A stretch of 33,749 nt of DNA from a virus (Duplodnaviria; Caudoviricetes). The notes under the pieces were generated by a model. That model made no database searches and had not been told where the DNA came from. It was given only the letters and a program-made list of their open reading frames with translations. The stretch spans positions 1 through 33,749 of the IMG/VR virus record IMGVR_UViG_3300032324_000506, one strand, 5' to 3'. This document shows positions 32,403 through 33,749 of the stretch, piece by piece; the first letter of the stretch is position 1; every line of letters begins with the position of its first letter. A program made the translations under genes and the position numbers.

Positions 32403-33139
32403 TATGGCAATCCTAGCCCTTGGCAAAGCGTGGTTTTTAATAGGTTATGCAAAGCCAGTATTTGTGCCGTTGTTAGCGTTACATTAAAAACTGCGGCAAA
32501 AGAACCAACACTTCCCCATTGTGCGCTATTGGCAAGATCACCGAAAAATGCAGGCCCGCCGTGAGCCGTGTCGCTTGTAAAAGTCCTTGAGGTAGTTGCT
32601 GCAAATGAATTATAAACATTTGCGTTTGCGGTATTTGTAATTGCTCCGTTAATAAAACCACTTAAATCTGTATTGGGAGAAAAAACAGTAGCAGACGTTC
32701 CGCTTCTTCTTTGCCAGAAATGAAAATTATTGGCACCATTGGATATTCTAAAGACTATGGAACTTGTAATTGTTGTGTTGTTGAGTCCAACTGCGAAAAT
32801 TGTATGAGTGCCAGTTGGCAGATAATAGGAAAATCGCAAACAAGAATTTGTAGGAGAAAATGTAAGACCATCTACACCCCAAGCTGGGCTATTGGCTATC
32901 GTTCCATTATATTCCCCCAACCCGCCCAAACTATACGCAGTACTTCCGCTGCCTTTACTATGAGTAGATCGAAGGGGATAGCAGAACATATTATTGTAAA
33001 GGCCAACATTCTTCATTTCCAAAACAAATTGGTTTATGTCGTTTTGTGCCGACACATTTGTAATCCCTGACCTTCCGATGTAAGCAACGGCATCTAGGTC
33101 TGCCGTTGGCTTAATTACTTGCCTACGATAAAGAGGCAT
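32402..33139 (-). CDS. tail-associated protein with LamG/concanavalin-like C-terminal domain (candidate second RBP)
   Basis: DLDAVAYIGRSGIT...INQFV..MK..GLY anchor; YNGTIANSPAWGVDGLTF...AAVFNVTLTTAQILALHN; AT-rich. Confidence 0.6.
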   Translation of the reverse strand: MPLYRRQVIKPTADLDAVAYIGRSGITNVSAQNDINQFVLEMKNVGLYNNMFCYPLRSTHSKGSGSTAYSLGGLGEYNGTIANSPAWGVDGLTFSPTNSCLRFSYYLPTGTHTIFAVGLNNTTITSSIVFRISNGANNFHFWQRRSGTSATVFSPNTDLSGFINGAITNTANANVYNSFAATTSRTFTSDTAHGGPAFFGDLANSAQWGSVGSFAAVFNVTLTTAQILALHNLLKTTLCQGLGLP

Positions 33140-33148
33140 CGCCTACTC

Positions 33149-33749
33149 CTAGCTAACTTCCGTCACCCTAGCCGTTCCAGCCGTGGCGAATACAGCCGAG
33201 TGCGTGATAGTAGTCTGATGATTTGGCACTTCGTAGTAATCCCCCGCCGATAGGCGAACTTGATAGGCGATAGTAGTGCAAGTTGCCCCTGCACAGATAT
33301 GAAGATTGCCCGCTCCCTCGTTGAAAATTGTCAGCACTTCCCTTGTCGCATTGTAGTTAGCCAGCACAGTAGAGGCGGTGGTGCTGGTAAAGTTAGAGGT
33401 GGTGACTGCAGTGCCTTGGATGGCGAAGGTGTTGGCTGTGACCGTCCCGCTAATTGCAGGGAGCGATCCAATGGTAACAGAATTTCCAACCGTGACAGAG
33501 GAGATGCTGATGGGAACCGTCCCGCTGATCGATGCGGTGACTGATCCTATTTGAGCTGTGCCTGCGACTAGAGCTGGGAGTGAGCTAATGGTTAGAGAAT
33601 TGCCAACGGTAACTGATGAAATTGATATGGGAACTGTCCCGCTAATGCTGGCCGTCACGCTTCCAATCTGTGCAGTACCCGCTCCGATGGTGACTGTGCC
33701 CGCTCCGATAGTAACTGAATTTCCAACTGTAACTATACCAATTCGACTA
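33149..33749 (-). CDS. 3' part of the junction-spanning 381-aa tail fibre-like protein
   Basis: Frame open from 33749 to the stop at 33149; C-terminal NATREVLTIFNEGAGNLHI...VRLSAGDYYEVP beta domain. Confidence 0.8.
   Translation of the reverse strand, partial: SRIGIVTVGNSVTIGAGTVTIGAGTAQIGSVTASISGTVPISISSVTVGNSLTISSLPALVAGTAQIGSVTASISGTVPISISSVTVGNSVTIGSLPAISGTVTANTFAIQGTAVTTSNFTSTTASTVLANYNATREVLTIFNEGAGNLHICAGATCTTIAYQVRLSAGDYYEVPNHQTTITHSAVFATAGTARVTEVS
33479..33679 (-). repeat. intragenic 28-codon repeat, two copies 117 nt apart
   Basis: 33596-33679 and 33479-33562 both encode GTAQIGSVTASISGTVPISISSVTVGNS. Confidence 0.9.
33627..33749. repeat. 123-bp exact terminal direct repeat (copy 2)
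   Basis: Identical to 1-123. Confidence 0.95.

Noticed and set aside
1-33544. Plus-strand ORFs in the track (for example 16523..17236, 26604..27095, 682..1023)
   Set aside because: All are antisense shadows of well-supported minus-strand genes, with no recognisable motifs
33627-33749. 123-bp repeat as a physical terminal repeat (T7-like DTR)
   Set aside because: It lies mid-gene and the terminase is lambda/cos type; an assembler overlap is the simpler explanation

Overview
The window looks like a complete, circularly assembled genome (about 33,626 bp) of a small tailed dsDNA phage (Caudoviricetes, probably a siphovirus). Bases 1-123 repeat exactly at 33627-33749 and one tail gene runs through the junction. 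Every credible gene is on the minus strand. Order of transcription: lysis genes (holin-like, spanins, M15 endolysin), small early genes (nucleases, SSB, 3D-domain protein, wHTH), primase-helicase, a palindromic origin-like site, lambda-type TerS/TerL, gpW-like adaptor, a portal with a long C-terminal extension, protease with nested scaffold, major capsid, head-tail connector, a six-gene sugar-modification cassette, then tail genes with a -1 frameshifted chaperone, tape measure and fibre/RBP genes. No integrase, repressor or DNA polymerase was recognised. The two most unusual signals: (1) a cassette inside the morphogenesis operon encoding a flagellin-type GT2-TPR-GT2, a GT9-like enzyme, a minimal split transketolase, a methyltransferase and a radical SAM enzyme, suggesting virion glycosylation with a phage-made modified sugar; (2) a repeated (T)TGACA-N13-16-ATG element before about ten late start codons, mostly without Shine-Dalgarno, which does not fit sigma70 promoter geometry. 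All family calls come from motif recognition by eye; no database search was run.
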